Assembly (NCBI RefSeq): GCF_009914755.1
Contig: NC_060927.1
Source: the human T2T-CHM13v2.0 reference genome, Homo sapiens
DNA length: 64,000 nucleotides
Direction: 5' to 3' (one strand)
Shown in pieces: positions 26,066 to 40,277 of this stretch. The notes beneath the pieces were generated by a model. The model had not been told where the DNA came from, searched no databases, and saw only the letters and a list, made by a program, of their open reading frames with translations. Each line of letters opens with the position of its first letter. Position 1 is the stretch's first letter. The position numbers were made by a program, and so were the translations under genes.

Positions 26066-29000
26066 TAATGACAATGAGAGCAGATTATTCATCTCTATTA
26101 TATGGTTCATCTCTGAATTCACAGGGCAAGGCCTGGAGTAGATTCCACCACCCGAATACAATGATGGTTGAATTAAACTAAATTGAGGAACAGACATGGA
26201 GGAGAGGTACAATGTGAGATACCCTTATGTGGCATGGGAGCAGACCCATTTAGATCAAGGAACAAGAGAAAAGGAGAGTGATAATCTGACTTGATTAAAA
26301 TAACTTGTACAGGACTATTTACTACTCCAAGAAAGCCTTGGAAAGTCCTTTACTGAGAACTTCAGCAAATCACATAGGCTTGCAAAACATTAGTGGTAGA
26401 ATAATTTATTTCCAGTAACTCATTGGAAAAACACACCTAAGAATCAAGACATCTATAAAGCTATTTCAGATTCAAGATTAACTTGGCTTGAGTTACCTGG
26501 ATATTTGACCCAGTATCTCATTTAAAATCCATGTATTCTTAATGACAACCCGGTGAACTGTCTGAGCATAAACGTACTTAGCTGCGAAAATGAAGACACT
26601 GAGAACTCTGTCAAAAGATAGCAGAAAAAAAAAAAATAGCAAAGAACAATGACCTAAATTTGTGCCCTGGTTGTTTTCCTTCCAGTCCTGAGATTTTCAT
26701 GATCCTAGCAAAAGGCTGTTTACATAACTTCATAGTTGTCTTTTCACTTACATTCTTAGCTTGGAAGTATTTTCCAACAAGAAATGCATCTGGGTCTTTG
26801 GCTTGATGGCCATTGTCACATCCTGCCCCTTATTCCTTCAAATCTTTTTTCTACGGTCCACTTACATTTTTGATAGCAAACAGCCTTGTGGACAACTTCA
26901 AGTGGTGATGCATATCATATATACCCTGCCTTCTACTTAAACATGCATTAATAAACTATATGATACTGAGAAATGCGGGGAGAGCTTTGCTGTCAGAGGG
27001 CTGAATTCTTACCCTTGTCAATATCTTACCCTGAATTAGAGGTTTTTTTCCCCTTACTGCTGTCACTTATAGTTTCTCACATCACAAAGGCAAACCTGGG
27101 AAAACACACACACACGAAGATTTCTCACGATCCTGTGGTGGCTGATCTTATTGAGCAAATGAAATCACTTGGAAAATGAGTGGAGAGGGGCACCAGTCAG
27201 AATGCAACTCCTGAGTTCATTGTTCATCCTAGGAATTTTGTTGTTGGAGAAAAATAAGTTACTCAAATAAGTAAAACCATTTTTTTCTTTTTATTACTTG
27301 ACTGCTGAATGTTTTACAGCTTTGTAATTTGGAGAGTGGTTCAACTCCTTTTGTGCCTTACTTTGTCATGCTATATAATTACATCTGCTAAAGCCCAGCA
27401 TTAAATTCTGCTTTTTGTGCATGCATACTGTTCATCATCATAAATGACATTTCTTTTGGATGATGCCGGTTGCTTAGCACTTTTGTTTTGTATTTTTTTC
27501 CATCAGTACCAATCCCAGCAATCAGTTTTACAAGGCATCTTTTTATTGAAATTTGCCTTACTTCCATAAAGAAAAGTTCATTGCAAATGGTACATTATAA
27601 AGTCTGTACATGGGGGTTTCAAAGCAACTGTTCATTTCTTTTTCTTTCTTTTCCTTCCTCCTTTCTTACCTCCTTTCTTCCCTCCTTTCCCTCCTTTCTT
27701 GTCTGATAAGTATTGATATGTTTCATATACATTGAATTTGAATGAGTGGCCCACATTTTGAAACTGGGACAACTCAGCTGAAGCTGAGTAGAGGCAGCTC
27801 TTTAGAGGGGCAGATGGAGCACACATCCTCATTTTTCCATAGTTTTCGTCTTTTCCTCCAGGCTCCCTAACACCTTGCTTGATTAATTCACACTCCCTGC
27901 CAGAACCAAGAGGACATTTAGGTTTGTGATCCCCACTCTATGATGAAGTGAGAGTGGCCATTCCTTTATTTTTTTTTTTTCAAGTTAAGAAACCTTCATA
28001 CATGTATGTTGGATATCCTCAAGAGGTTAAACCCATGCCAGGGTCCATTACTTCCTTAACACCCTGTAGTGTCAACCTTGTGTTGAAACCATTGTACTCC
28101 TACACTGTGTCTGAGAGAGTGAATTACCCAGCACTTTTGGAAGACAATATATTGTTTCAGAGACACAATTCTATGGTGTTTTGGTCTGTGTGGCACAGAT
28201 ATGCAACTCCTAGGGACTTAAAGCATCATTTCAAAACTAAAAATAGATAAGCAGAAAAACATTCATTGAAATATTATCTATAACAGCTAAGATTTGAAAC
28301 AACCCGGAAGGTTCTTAAATGTTAATTAGAAAGACTGTGTTGAAACTTGTAAAGCATGTTAAGTGAAAAGAACAAATGCAAAAATAGCACCCACATTATT
28401 ACAACTAAGCCTCTAGAGATGTATCAAAATATAGAGTAGCCATGTTAAACATCAGACAAACATCAATTTGTCTTTTTAAAACAAATTGCCCTTAATTTTA
28501 TTGATTAGTTTACCTAGTAACACATCCTGGGTGAATGCATTTCATCAAGCACGAAACATACCTCCTAGAGGAATTTCCATCCTAGAAAGTTTGGCCTAAG
28601 TACCATTTAGGATTTTGCTGAGAAATTCAGACCTCAGGCACTTGAATTCACTCGGAACTAGAGACCTCTTTTCTAGTGCCTATTCTCTATTCTCTCCGCA
28701 GACATATAAAGTCCTGTGTGCAAATGAAATCTTGCAATGATTACCAATTTCACAGATTCTTCTCCCTGAACTTGTTTTATCTTGTCACCCTCTTGAACGG
28801 GGAGATGCCATTGCCTTTCATCAAGAAAACATGTCAGGACATCTAAATGTAACAAATACTCCCCCAAAGAATTGGAACTTCAGCAATGGGAAGAAGCAGA
28901 AGCTCTGTGAAACTTACTCAGCAGATCCCAACAGGCAGATTGCTGAGTGTGAGCTCTCTCATCCAGTAGGCCTTGGTGCCCCTGAGGATATTGTGTGGAT

Positions 29001-29479
29001 TGGCATTTTTGAATTATGAATGATAAAATCTTTGTTTCCTTAAGGTTGCAACATAAGAAAAGGAAGAAACTTAAGGAAAGTCAGATCTCAGATGGAAGAG
29101 GGTGGAATCTTTGTTTATAAATAAAAACAGCAAGCGTCTATTTTTTTTTTTTTTTTTGGTAGAGCTATGTTATTTGATAAATCAGGGATTGAAATTATTA
29201 TCAGAAGGGGGGTGTTTGGCCTACACAGAGAAGAACTTGGAGTTGAAATCATGCTAATGAAGCAATACAATGTAATCAGTGAGTAGGTATTTTGTCTTAG
29301 ATATCTAAGAAAACTTGTCCACAAAAAACATATAAACAAAAGAGTTGTTTTTCTTGGTTCCCTAGTAGAAACCTAAATCTATATTTTAAATCTACCCAAA
29401 ATCCACTCCCCGTGATTCTCTTGATGATGTTCTCATTTTCTTTTGGGAAACTGTCTGTCAACCATGATCTATTTTGGTA

Positions 29480-29830
29480 TTTCGGATGCTTGCTGTGTGG
29501 TAGAAGCTTGGCTCATCAGAAAGTTCCAGCGTCCAACCACAGTTGAAATGGCCCACATCCATTGGAACAAAGAAAAGGTCAAGAATTTGTTAGAATTTTG
29601 AGAAAAGAGAGGGTTTCTTTCCACTGGGATTGTGGAATTTAGTAGGAATACCATGGTTTGGGAGAAAGGTACTTGAGATAGAAAAACTCCATAGAAGAAA
29701 GAGAAGCCCAGAGATGGGAAAAGAGCCCCAAGTCCCAGCCAGGCCTAAAACCAACCAACTGTGCACATTTGTTTCATTTTAGCTTAATTCAGTTGGAGTT
29801 TTTATTAAAAAAAAAACCTGATTAATATGG
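29480..29830 (+). mobile_element. Decayed MLT1-type LTR
   Basis: gaagcccagagatggg...ttcattttagcttaattcagttggagtt resembles an MLT1 3' end. Confidence 0.45.
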
Positions 29831-31269
29831 GATTTTATACACTGTCAAACTGAAAGGAAGCTCAGAAACTGACTTTGTGCATCCATTTTTCTGCTCTGAA
29901 ATTTTTAATTATACTCAACCAAGAGGGAAATACTATTTTCAAAGTAGAAATCTTAACAGATAATACACATTTTTTTTCTGGTATAGTTTTACTTATCAAG
30001 TATGGAGTTACTTGAAGACCGTTTGTGAGTAATTTTCAAGACCCTTTAGATGTATCTCAAAGTTCCTTAATATAGTCTCAAAAAGATGTCATATAAGACT
30101 TTCTTTTAAAACAGTCTGTGTGTCTATTTTACATCTACTTATTACTGAGGATGGTTTTAATTTTCTGAAACTAAATTACACCGATGGGGTAAAAATGATT
30201 ATTCATATAAATATTAGGAAGCAAGTGGGAAGCAGCCTACCTTTTAAAACTCAAATCTGCACATATAATCCTTATTTTGATAGTGAAAATGGCATTAGTC
30301 AGTGTGAAAAGGATAAGGACAATAAAAAATAAAGGCCTGCAAATTGTATTTGCCAGTCTATAAATTTAGTACGTTTCTGGGGGGAAGAAAGGGAAAAGTT
30401 TTATGACTTATTCTTCTCTAGGTATCTAGAAGTCATAAGAGATGGGCTAAGTCTACTGAGATAAAACAAAATGGAGGCCTGAGAGAGTTATTTAATTAGT
30501 GCAAAAGAAAGTTATTATAGAGAAAGGACATTCATTTTTAGAGGGAATTATACTAGCCGTGCAAGTTGATTAAATTATTTGGATAATATAGTTAAGCTTG
30601 CCAGAAAAGCTCATGATTCATAAATTTTCCAACACAGAACCTGATGTAGTATAGGCTTAAAAATTCGTGACTATAGTCATTGTCATTGTTGTATTGCTGA
30701 CATATCGATTGGGTGAGAAAAAAAGCTAAGAGCTATATCTCTTTAGGTAACTCTCCCCATGTCTATATCTATATCTAATCGATATTAAAATAAATATACA
30801 GCAATAATATATATATATATTTATTTAGCTTTCCAGGTAAATGTTATGTGGTCACAATTCACAGGTTAGTGCAGATGGCAGTGAGAACTGGGGCACTGGG
30901 CAATTGGTAGTAGAGGGTACAGAGTTTAAGTAGAGATGAAAAGTTTGGACCAACAACCATGAAATGCTTTCTTCTTGGGAATATATGTGTCAGCTCTATC
31001 TCTTTGTGATGTACACAAACTCTCTGCCCAGAGATCTTTTTCCTGCATGCAGGGTCCATTACTCAGGGCTGACTAGTCTCTAAGGAAAATGATCATTTAT
31101 CATTCTTGGATTTTTTTTTTAATCCTTCAAACTCCAGGAAATCAATGGCATATTCCTTCATCCCCTTTAAAGGCCCATTGGTGTGCTCTCTCCCTGAGGC
31201 TTATATGTTGGATCCATCTCATCTGCAAAACAGCCAGCCTCCGTTTAAGGGGTTAGCAGTAAGAACTAC

Positions 31270-32330
31270 AAGTGTTTCCCATTCTTGAGGATATTATCAT
31301 TCGGCTTTAAGGATACCATATTTTCTGCTGTTCTTTTTTCCCCATACCTCACTGATTGTTTTCTCTTTGTCTCATTTTCTGTGTCTGTGCTCAACTTTTA
31401 ACACTGGAGTGCTCTGGGGTTCAATCTTTTAACTTACTGTTCTTTTTCAAAGTGAGCTGATTTTGTCCCATGGCTATAAAGTCATCTATGGGTAGACTCA
31501 CAAACTATATCTCTGGTCTTGACTGTTCTCCAACTCAGGATTCAACCACCCACATGACATTACCACTTGCCTGTGTAACATGTATCTGAACAAATACAGT
31601 ATAGAACTATTGATTCCCCTGCCCCAGCTCCTGAATCTATGTCCTCCCTGGACTTCCCCATTTTGGAAAATGGCACCAACAGTACTCGGGCCAAACAACC
31701 AAGGATTTTTGAGTACTTTAGTGCACCTTTTTGCACCTTTGTCATCCACCATGAAGTTCAGTTGATTAAATTTCCAAAATATATTACCAATTCCCGAGCT
31801 TCCTTTCATGTATACTGCTGTCACCCTAACTGAAGTCATTATTTCTTGACTTGGCTGATGAATTTACCACCTAGTTGGTTTTTCTTTTCTGCTTCTTGCC
31901 CTTGCTGCAATGCTCTCAGCAGCCAACAGCTTCTTAAAATGTGCATAAAATTTATGAACATACTACTTAAAACCCTCCACTGACTTTCTATCACTACCAA
32001 CTCCTTTACACTTCCAACGAATCACATGTAATCTGGCTCAGCCTTCCCTCCAAACTCCCATATTTGCTTCTCCATCTCTATTAGCCTCATCTTTTTTTCT
32101 CTGACTCAGTCATAATACCTTTACTCCTACGTGAGCCTTTGAACCTTTATTTTTCACTCCTGGAACAATTACACAATTCTTCCCATTGCTGAATTCTCAC
32201 AGTTCGGGTTCCAAACAGCTGGGGAGCTTTCTCTGTGCCTCCATCTAAAATAGGGATATTTAGTAATGCCCAATCACATTACCCTATTTTACTTTATTCA
32301 TTTTATTTAACATCAGTTGAACCACAAAAA
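31270..32330 (+). mobile_element. L2 LINE fragment
   Basis: tcccatggctataaagtcatctatg...actcacaaactatatctct; cttaaaaccctccactgactt are L2 3'-half motifs. Confidence 0.75.
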
Positions 32331-32353
32331 ATTACTTTTTTAAGAAATAATTG

Positions 32354-32645
32354 GGCCGGGTGCGGTGGCTCATGCCTGGAATCCCAGAACTTTCGGAGGC
32401 TGAGGCAGGCAGATTACTTGGTCGGGAGATCGAGACCATCCTGGCTAACACGGTGAAACCCCGTCTCTACTAAAAATACAAAAAATTAGCCGGGCATGGT
32501 GGCACGCACCTGCAATCCCAGCCACTCAGGAGGCTGAGGCAGGAGAATCATTTGAACCTGGGAGGTGGAGGTTGCAGTGACCGGTTTGCACCACTGCACT
32601 CCAGCCTGGGAGACAGAGGAAAACTCCATCTAAAAAAATAAAAAT
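32354..32645 (+). mobile_element. AluS (Sc-like) SINE
   Basis: Full dimeric Alu with imperfect TSD aaataattg/aaattattg. Confidence 0.95.
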
Positions 32646-33147
32646 TATTGATTTCTCATGATTCAGCCTAGTACATCTAAAATGTTTTTATTTGTTAAGA
32701 GCAGAGACCTGGTTTGTCATATATTATATGTTCCCCAATGCCAAGAACAATGCCAACAGAAGAAGCTTAAAAAGCATATTCCCCAAGTTGAATGAATGAA
32801 TGAATGGAGACTATGAGCTAATTGTAGGGGGATTTGGGCATAGTTAGAGAAGTTAGGAGAGCTTCCCTGTGAAAGGGAAAATTGAATAATGGCTTGACTT
32901 TGTAGGCATAATGTGGTTTTCTTTCTAAGAGTAAGTGGTGGGGAGCAGAAAGTTGAGGATGGAGTTAGTATTTCTGGAAAGAGCAATGGTCTATGCAAAG
33001 ACCCAGAAGCAGAAGGAAACTTGTTGCACTGAAGGAACAAACAGAATGCTCACAATGCAGGAGCTAACAGAGTAAGAGGACTGGTAGTATAGGAGGTGAT
33101 CTGTTTCGAAATTATTTCTCAGGGAAATACTTTTCCTTAAACAAAAC

Positions 33148-33403
33148 TTTTTTTTTTTTCTCTCTGTCACGCAGGCTGGAGTGCAGTGGCACGACCATGG
33201 CTCACTCTAGCCTCCCTCCCAGCTCAGCCTCCCGAATAGCTGAGAACGCAGGCATGTGGTACCAAACCCAGCGAATCTCTTTATTTTTTTGGAGAGATGG
33301 GGTTCTCACTATACTGCCTACACTGGTCTCAACCTCCTGGATTCAAGCAATCTGCCTGCCTTAGCCTCCCAGAGTGCTGGGATTATAGGTGTGAGCTACC
33401 GTG
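33148..33403 (-). mobile_element. AluJ-type SINE, decayed
   Basis: poly-T, caggctggagtgcagtggc...gtgctgggattataggtgtgagc. Confidence 0.9.
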
Positions 33404-34115
33404 GGGAGTCTTAAACAAAACTATGTGGAATTCTAATGCGTTTTCAAGACCCACCCATGCCCCCTGGACATTTGGTTCCTTCAGGGTCCTAAGAAATAAG
33501 TATAGTTGACCAATTAAAAACGTCCAGTTTGAGAAAGCATAATTTCCTACTAGGGTAGACCAACTTTCTGGGATTTGTTTATTGGGCCGTACTCCTTTGG
33601 AAGGGAGGAGCCCACCTCATGTACAGTGCCAACCCCAGCCCTGGTGCACCCGGAATTTGTTTTACAGTGTTCTCACAGTGTGCTGGGATGGCAGCTGTCA
33701 CCTGGGTATTGAACACATGGGCTTTTATGCCAGGGTTTTTATGTAAGACCGGGACTCACCTGCCATAATATTAAAACAGATTGAAACCCGTTGGTCTGGT
33801 CTATCCCTGCGGCTCACGCGTATCTTATCTCTTAGAATTCCAGCTTTCTAAAAAAGAAAAAAAAAAAGAGTCCCAGAGGATGATGAACTTGAAATTGAAT
33901 CCTCACTCTGTGATTACCACTGTGACCATGAATAAATAATCTCATTTCTCTGAGTTGTGGGAATTAAATGGAATTATATACACACAATCTTGGTGCATTG
34001 CTTAGTACATAGTGATGTGATAATTAAAGTTATTGCTGTTGTTGTTATTAATATTAACTCTTCACAATAATGTCTCCTAAACTGGTCAAGCCTTAATTCT
34101 GTGGTCACTCTACAA

Positions 34116-34335
34116 CAGTGGTTCTCAAGCAGGGGTAATCTTGCTCCCCCGAGAGACATTTGGCAAGGCCTGGAGAGATTTTTGTTGAGACTTTGATTGG
34201 GGGGGTGTGCTACTGGCATTTAGCGGATAGAGATCAGAAATGCTGCTAGCATATACAGTGCACAGGACACCTCCAAACCCCAACACGGAAGTATCTTGCC
34301 CCAAATGTCAATAGTGCTGAAGTTGAGAAACATTA
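34116..34335. mobile_element. MER20 hAT-Charlie MITE
   Basis: cagtggttctcaa...ccaaatgtcaatagtgctgaagttgagaaac; 8-bp TSD ctctacaa/ccctacaa. Confidence 0.88.
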
Positions 34336-35002
34336 CCCTACAAAATCAGTCTCTGTAACTTTCCCATGGGAGCATACGGCTTGAATATTTGTGTTTCTTT
34401 CCTACTTTTGCTTACCTCTCTTGGCTCCCACTAACTCCAGCAGTTGCACTTTGCCTGGAACACAGTAGGCAGTCAATAATATTCTGATTAATTGAATGCA
34501 GCAACAGAAATGATTTGTCTCCTCCCGCCCCACCCCAGTTAACCTTTGCAAGGAATATTTGGTAAATAGGAAATGCATCTGTAATTAGAACTCAGAATTC
34601 AGTGTCTCAAATTTGAATTAAATTAGCCTCCCAGGTGCTTTCTCTTAATTTACTATTTAGAAGCAGTAGTAAATTCTAATAACTGCAAATCTCTTAGACA
34701 AAAAAATTTCACTTCTAGTGTATGTCATCAATTTAGCTACATGGTTAAATTGGTTTACTTTATTTGCTCTGCTCAGATCCCTGCAAAAAGACATATTTGG
34801 AAGATAATTTCTTCTTGAGAGACTGTTACAAAAGTGGCCTGTCATATTGTTGAAGGGGAGGATGTTGAGTTAAGGGAAATGAGAAGTTCATATACTGTTC
34901 CTGAGGTTTAAGAAACTCACCTGAAGTCAACCAAGAAGCCTATTTCCAGGAGCCAGAGAGAAGCACTTATGTTCTAATGAGGCTATAACAAGCTGAGGTC
35001 TG

Positions 35003-35172
35003 TGCTTCTCACCCCTGATTGCACATAAGAATCACCTAAGGAGATTTGAAACATACAGATGCCTGGGCTGCCTGCCCACACAATTTAAACAGAATCTCTA
35101 AGCCAAGCCTGGATAGCAGAGCAATACAAAGTTCCCATGTCATTTGTACATCCTGCCAGGGTTGAGAACTGC
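35003..35172. mobile_element. MER5B-like MITE
   Basis: gtgcttctcaccc...agaatcacct...cagatgcctggg...gccagggttgagaactg. Confidence 0.7.
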
Positions 35173-35919
35173 CAGCTTAGGTGAAGAATTCGATGAGCAG
35201 TCATAACAGTCGAGCTGTTCTGACAGAGGTAAATCAGGCAACATCGCTAGGTTTCTATTTTGCAATGTTAGTAGGTACCTTGGTCACTGCTATGCTGAAA
35301 ACCAACAAATCTTACACAGCATTGTTAATAATAGTACCTTGCATTTGTATTTTTATTGTCAATTTTCAGAGGCACATTTTCATTATATTTAATTCTCAAA
35401 TCCACCCTCAAGAGTAATCAGAAAATATATTCTGGCTTTGTTTTGTTTTTAGGTGAGCAAATGGGTTCAGAAAGCTCACTTGACCTACCCAGGTTCAACT
35501 TGGTGTGTCTATTCCTTCTTTCTTCTGATCATTTATTTAATAACATATATTGAGTGTCTGCCGTGTTACAGAGACTTAACTGGTTTGGAAATAGCAGTGG
35601 CAGAATGTAGAATTCCAGGTAGCAGAAGTGGTGGTAGTGACAGGAATGTGGTATCATCAAGCAACTGAAAGAGTAGGCTTCCTATTAAAAGTTTTCTGTT
35701 GTAGGGTGATGTGGCAAGGATGAGCTTACAGTTTTGAATTCACTGGAACTGGGGTTGCCTGCTCTATTATTCCCGGTTCCCTGTCTTCAGCATTTCTACT
35801 GTTCTCTCCATTCTTAGAGGTCATTCTCTATTTTCAAAGCATGGTCCTCTTTGTTAGATTTTTTTCTTTCCTGACTGTGGAATTGGCTACCACTATACAG
35901 TTGCCCCTGCCACACACCT

Positions 35920-36385
35920 CAAAGTGTTGAGTGTTTCTCCAGCCATCATATGGGTCATGTAACGAAGTGCTAGCCAATCATGGTACTTGTTTCCTCTGTT
36001 TTTAGTGATTGGTCTAAAATGTGGGTATGTGTTTCCATTAGGGCCAATCATAGATCTATGAGATATCACTTGAGGATACCAGGAGACATTGTAGCTCTCT
36101 TCCTTATAGATTGTGCGCTGTGAGATGCCTTCTATCTTTCCTGTTGAAGAGAGCGCTGTCAGTGGCAACAGGTGCTAAGGTCAGCTCACAAAGAGAAGGG
36201 CTGAGAAGCAGAAGAAGAGAGATGGAGAGAGTGGGAGCTCGGGTCATATTGTATTGTCCTCTGGATACAGCAGTGCCTCAAACTTCCCAATTACACAAGC
36301 CAATAAATTCCTCTTACTGCATCAAGGAGTATAGATTGTATGCGTTTTTTTTTTTTTTTAACAGAAAATGATCTGATTATAATAC
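35920..36385 (+). mobile_element. Decayed MLT1-type LTR
   Basis: tagtgattggtcta...ggccaatca...ctggatacagcagtgcct...agccaataaattcc. Confidence 0.6.
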
Positions 36386-36562
36386 CACACATTCTAAAGC
36401 TTGGGACATTTGAAAATGCTTTTGACTAACCAGTTTCAACTCAGGAGAGGGTTATTACAAGTCCCTGAACATTTTACAGACAATACTCCTCCAAATATAG
36501 TAGTCGGGCTTGGCCACACAGTATACCCCTCTGGGCATCACGGAGTGTGAGGCTTGCTCTAG

Positions 36563-37010
36563 TGTAGTGATTCTCAGCATGGAGTCCCCCGCCTGGCAGC
36601 GTCAGTGTTACTGGGGAACTTATCAGAAATGCACATTCTTGGGCCCTTCCCCAGACCTATTGAATCAGAGACTCTGGGGCCGGACTCAGCAATCTGTTTT
36701 TTTTCTTTTCTTTTGTTTTTTTTAGTTTGGATTTCATTTATTTTCACTTTTTCTGGTCTTGGCGCTCATCTAGGATATCACATTTAGTCCTCATGTCTCC
36801 TAGGCAGGCTGTGACAGCTTCTCTGGCTTTCCTTGATTTTTATGACCTTGAGAGTTTTGGAGATTGTTTTTATTTTTAACAGAGGTATAATTTACATATA
36901 ATGAAATGCAAAGACCTCAACTTATGGTTGTAAGAGTTTCAACCACAATCTATGTTTTAACTAGACCTCCAACATATCCTGATACACACTAAATTTAGAG
37001 AACCACTATT
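36563..37010. mobile_element. MER5A split by old L1 3' fragment(s)
   Basis: 5' half (tagtgattctcagc...ccagacctattgaatcagagactctggg) and 3' half (ttagagaaccact) flank T-rich L1MC-like sequence. Confidence 0.6.
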
Positions 37011-39464
37011 TTAGGGTTCTCAGGATTTTCTCTATTTTATTTTTGAAGAGAGCTAATCAAGGAATATCTTAAATGCTGATTATGGAACACTAACACATAA
37101 AAATTTTTCATGTGATAATTTTCATTATCATATGAAAAGTTGTGTAAACAACTTTCCAGACCTAGACAACCTGGGAGTGTCTCAACCTATTTCTGTTAAT
37201 AATATGACAATAAACAATATTGCTAATGATAGCTAACCTTCATTGTGCACTTATATGTCAGGAACCTTACCACTTTCTTTACATGTACAGGTATACCTCA
37301 TTTAATTGTGCTTCACAGATGCGTGTTTTACAAAACCACATGTTGAGCAAATCTATCAGTGCCATTTTTCCAACAGCGTGGGTTCACTTCTTATCTCTGT
37401 CACATTTTTGTAATACTCTCAGTATGTCAAACTTTTTTATTATTAGTGTATCTGTTATGGTGTTCTGTGAGATCTCTGATCTTTGATGTTACTATTGTAA
37501 TTGTTTTGGGGTACCACAAACCGTGCCCATGTAAGATGGTGAACCTGCTTCATAAATGTTCTATGTGTTCTGACTGCTCCACTAATAGGTAGATCCCTGT
37601 CTCTTTCCCTTTTCTCAGGCTTCCCTATTCCTTGAGGCACAACAATATTGAAATAAGGCCAATTGTTAACCCTACAAAGGCCTCTTAGTGTTCAAGTGAA
37701 AGGAAGAGTTGTGCATCTCACTTTAAATCATAAACTACCAATGATTAAGTTTAGTAAGGAAGGCATAAGCAGAGATAGGCTGAAAGCTAGGTTTCTTGTG
37801 CCGGTTCGCCAAGTTGTAAATGCAAAAGAAAAGTGCTTGAAGGAAATGAGCAGTGCTACTCCAGTGAACACACAAATGATAAGAAAGCAAAATAGCCTTT
37901 ATTGCTGGTATGGAGAAAATTGTAATGGTCTGGATACATCAAACCAGCCACAATATTCCCTTAAGCTGAAGCGTAATCCAGAACAACACCCTAACTCTCT
38001 TCAATTCTATGAAGGCTGAGAGAGGTGAGGAAGCTGCAGAATAAAAGTAGAAAGTTTGTAGAAGTTGGTTCATGAGGTTTAAGGAAAGAAGCCACCTCTA
38101 TAACATAAAAGTGCAAGGTGAAGCAGCAATTGCTGATGCAGAAGCTGCAGCAAGTTATCCAGAAGATTTAAGTAATATTATCGATGAGGGTGGCTACACT
38201 AAACAACACATTTTCAATGTAGACAAAGTTGCTCTATATTGAAAGATGCCTAGGAGAAATCTCTAAGACTTTCATAGCTAGAGAGGAGAAGTCAATAACT
38301 GGCTTCAAGGCTTCAAAGCTTCAAAGGACAGTCAGACTCTCTTGTTAGCGAGTCTGGTGACTTTAAATTGAAGCCAGTGCCCATTGACCATTTCAAAAAC
38401 CCCAGGGCCCTTAAGAAATACACTAAATTCACCCTGCCTATGCTCTATAAATGGAACAACAAATCCTGGATGACAGTACATCCAGCTTGGTTTACTGAAT
38501 GTTTAAGCCTTCTGTTGAGAACCACTCTTCAGAAAATATTTATTTCAAAATATTACTGGTTATTGACAATGCACCTAGTCACCCAAGATCTCTGTTAGAG
38601 ATGTACAAGGAAATGAATGTTGCTTTTGTTTGCTAACACAACTTCCATTCTATAGCCCATAAATTAAGGAGTAATTTTGACTTTCAAGTCTTATTTAAGA
38701 AAACATTTCTGTAAGGCTGCCACACATAGTGATTCCTATGATGGATCTGAGCAAAGTAAATCAAAAAGCTTCTGGAAAGGATTCACCATTCTAGATGTCA
38801 TTAAAAACATCCATGATTCACAGGAAGAGGTCAAAATGTCTATATCAACAGGAGTTTGAAAGAAGTTAATTGAAAGTTCATGGATGACCTTGAGGAGTTG
38901 AAGACTTCAGTGGAGAAAGCAACTGAAGATATGGTAGAAATAGCAATAGAACTAGAATTAGAATAGGGTCTGAAGATGTGACTGAATTGCTGCAACCTCA
39001 TGATAAAACTTGAGCAGATGAGGAGCTACTTCTTATGGACAAGCAAAGAAAACGGTTTCTTGAGATGGAATCTACTTCTGGTGAAGATGGTGTGAATATT
39101 GTTGAAAAGACAACAAATTATTTAGGATATTACATAAACTTAGTTGATAAAGTAGTGGCAGATTTTGTGAGGATTGATTCTAACTCTGAAGGAAGTTGTG
39201 CTGTTGGTAAGATGCTATCAAACAGCACTGCATGCTACAGAGAAATCTCTTGTGAAAGAAAAAGTCAGAGATGCAGCAAACTTCATTGTTGTCTTATTTT
39301 AAGAAATTGCCACAGCCACTCCAATCTTCAGCAGCCACCACCTTGATGAGTCAGCAGTCATCGACATCGAGGCAAAGCCTTTCACCAACAAAAGGATTAT
39401 GACTTGATGAAGTCTCAGATGATCATGAACATTTTTTAGTAACTAAGTATTTTTAAATTAAGGA

Positions 39465-39609
39465 TATATATATATACATGGAGGATATATATAATATATT
39501 TTATATATATATTATAAAAATTATGTATATCCTCTCTATATAATACAAATTATATATAATATATATATATCTCCTTATGTATATAATATATCCTCCATAT
39601 ATATATGTC

Positions 39610-39658
<49 letters not shown>
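39465..39658. repeat. AT-rich/(TA)n expansion
   Basis: Degenerate TA array ending in a pure (TA)n run at about 39616-39658. Confidence 0.92.
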
Positions 39659-39661
<3 letters not shown>

Positions 39662-39702
39662 GGATGTATTATGTACGTATTAGAGATAAGGCTACTGTAT
39701 GC

Positions 39703-40277
39703 TGTAGAGTAAATGCACCTGAGAGCAGTATAACCTTAGAAAGATCCTGTATGATAGACACACCTGAGTGTGTGCTCTGAGCAAGGGAATCCAGGAGTGG
39801 CCAACCCAGAGATTCGTTCCTCATTGACTATGAGGAACATCTGAGCCTCTGGCCTTTCCTGTGGAATACAGACTGTACAGGGAATCATGGCCCTGAGTTT
39901 GGGGATAAATGAAGTTTGCTGGGTGAAGGTCATTAAGGAAAGAGTGTTAAGTAAAAATGGTATGTAAACTGCATGCTGTTAATAAGGGGTTGCAGTTTTC
40001 CTTCCCAGCCCACTGCCACTGGGACATGCAGATATGTTGTCTAGCCTACGGCCACTGGACTATAGGTAAGGCAGGTGTCTTGTCCAGCCCACAGCCACTG
40101 AAATGTTTCTGTATATAAGATTGTTTTCCTTTCTAGACTGCCACTACTATGCTCTCTCCCTTGTTTGTAGGCTCCTAATAAAAAATCTCACGACTTGTTT
40201 GCTGGCTCTGGGTCTCTTCTTCAGTCCCTTAAACCTGTTGTCTTCCCTATTGAGGTTAATAGGGGTTCGGCACAACA
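39703..40277 (+). mobile_element. Solo ERV LTR (family uncertain) in the Tigger1 3' end
   Basis: TG...CA termini, TATA-like motif and AATAAA at ~40177; Tigger1 sequence resumes after it. Confidence 0.8.
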
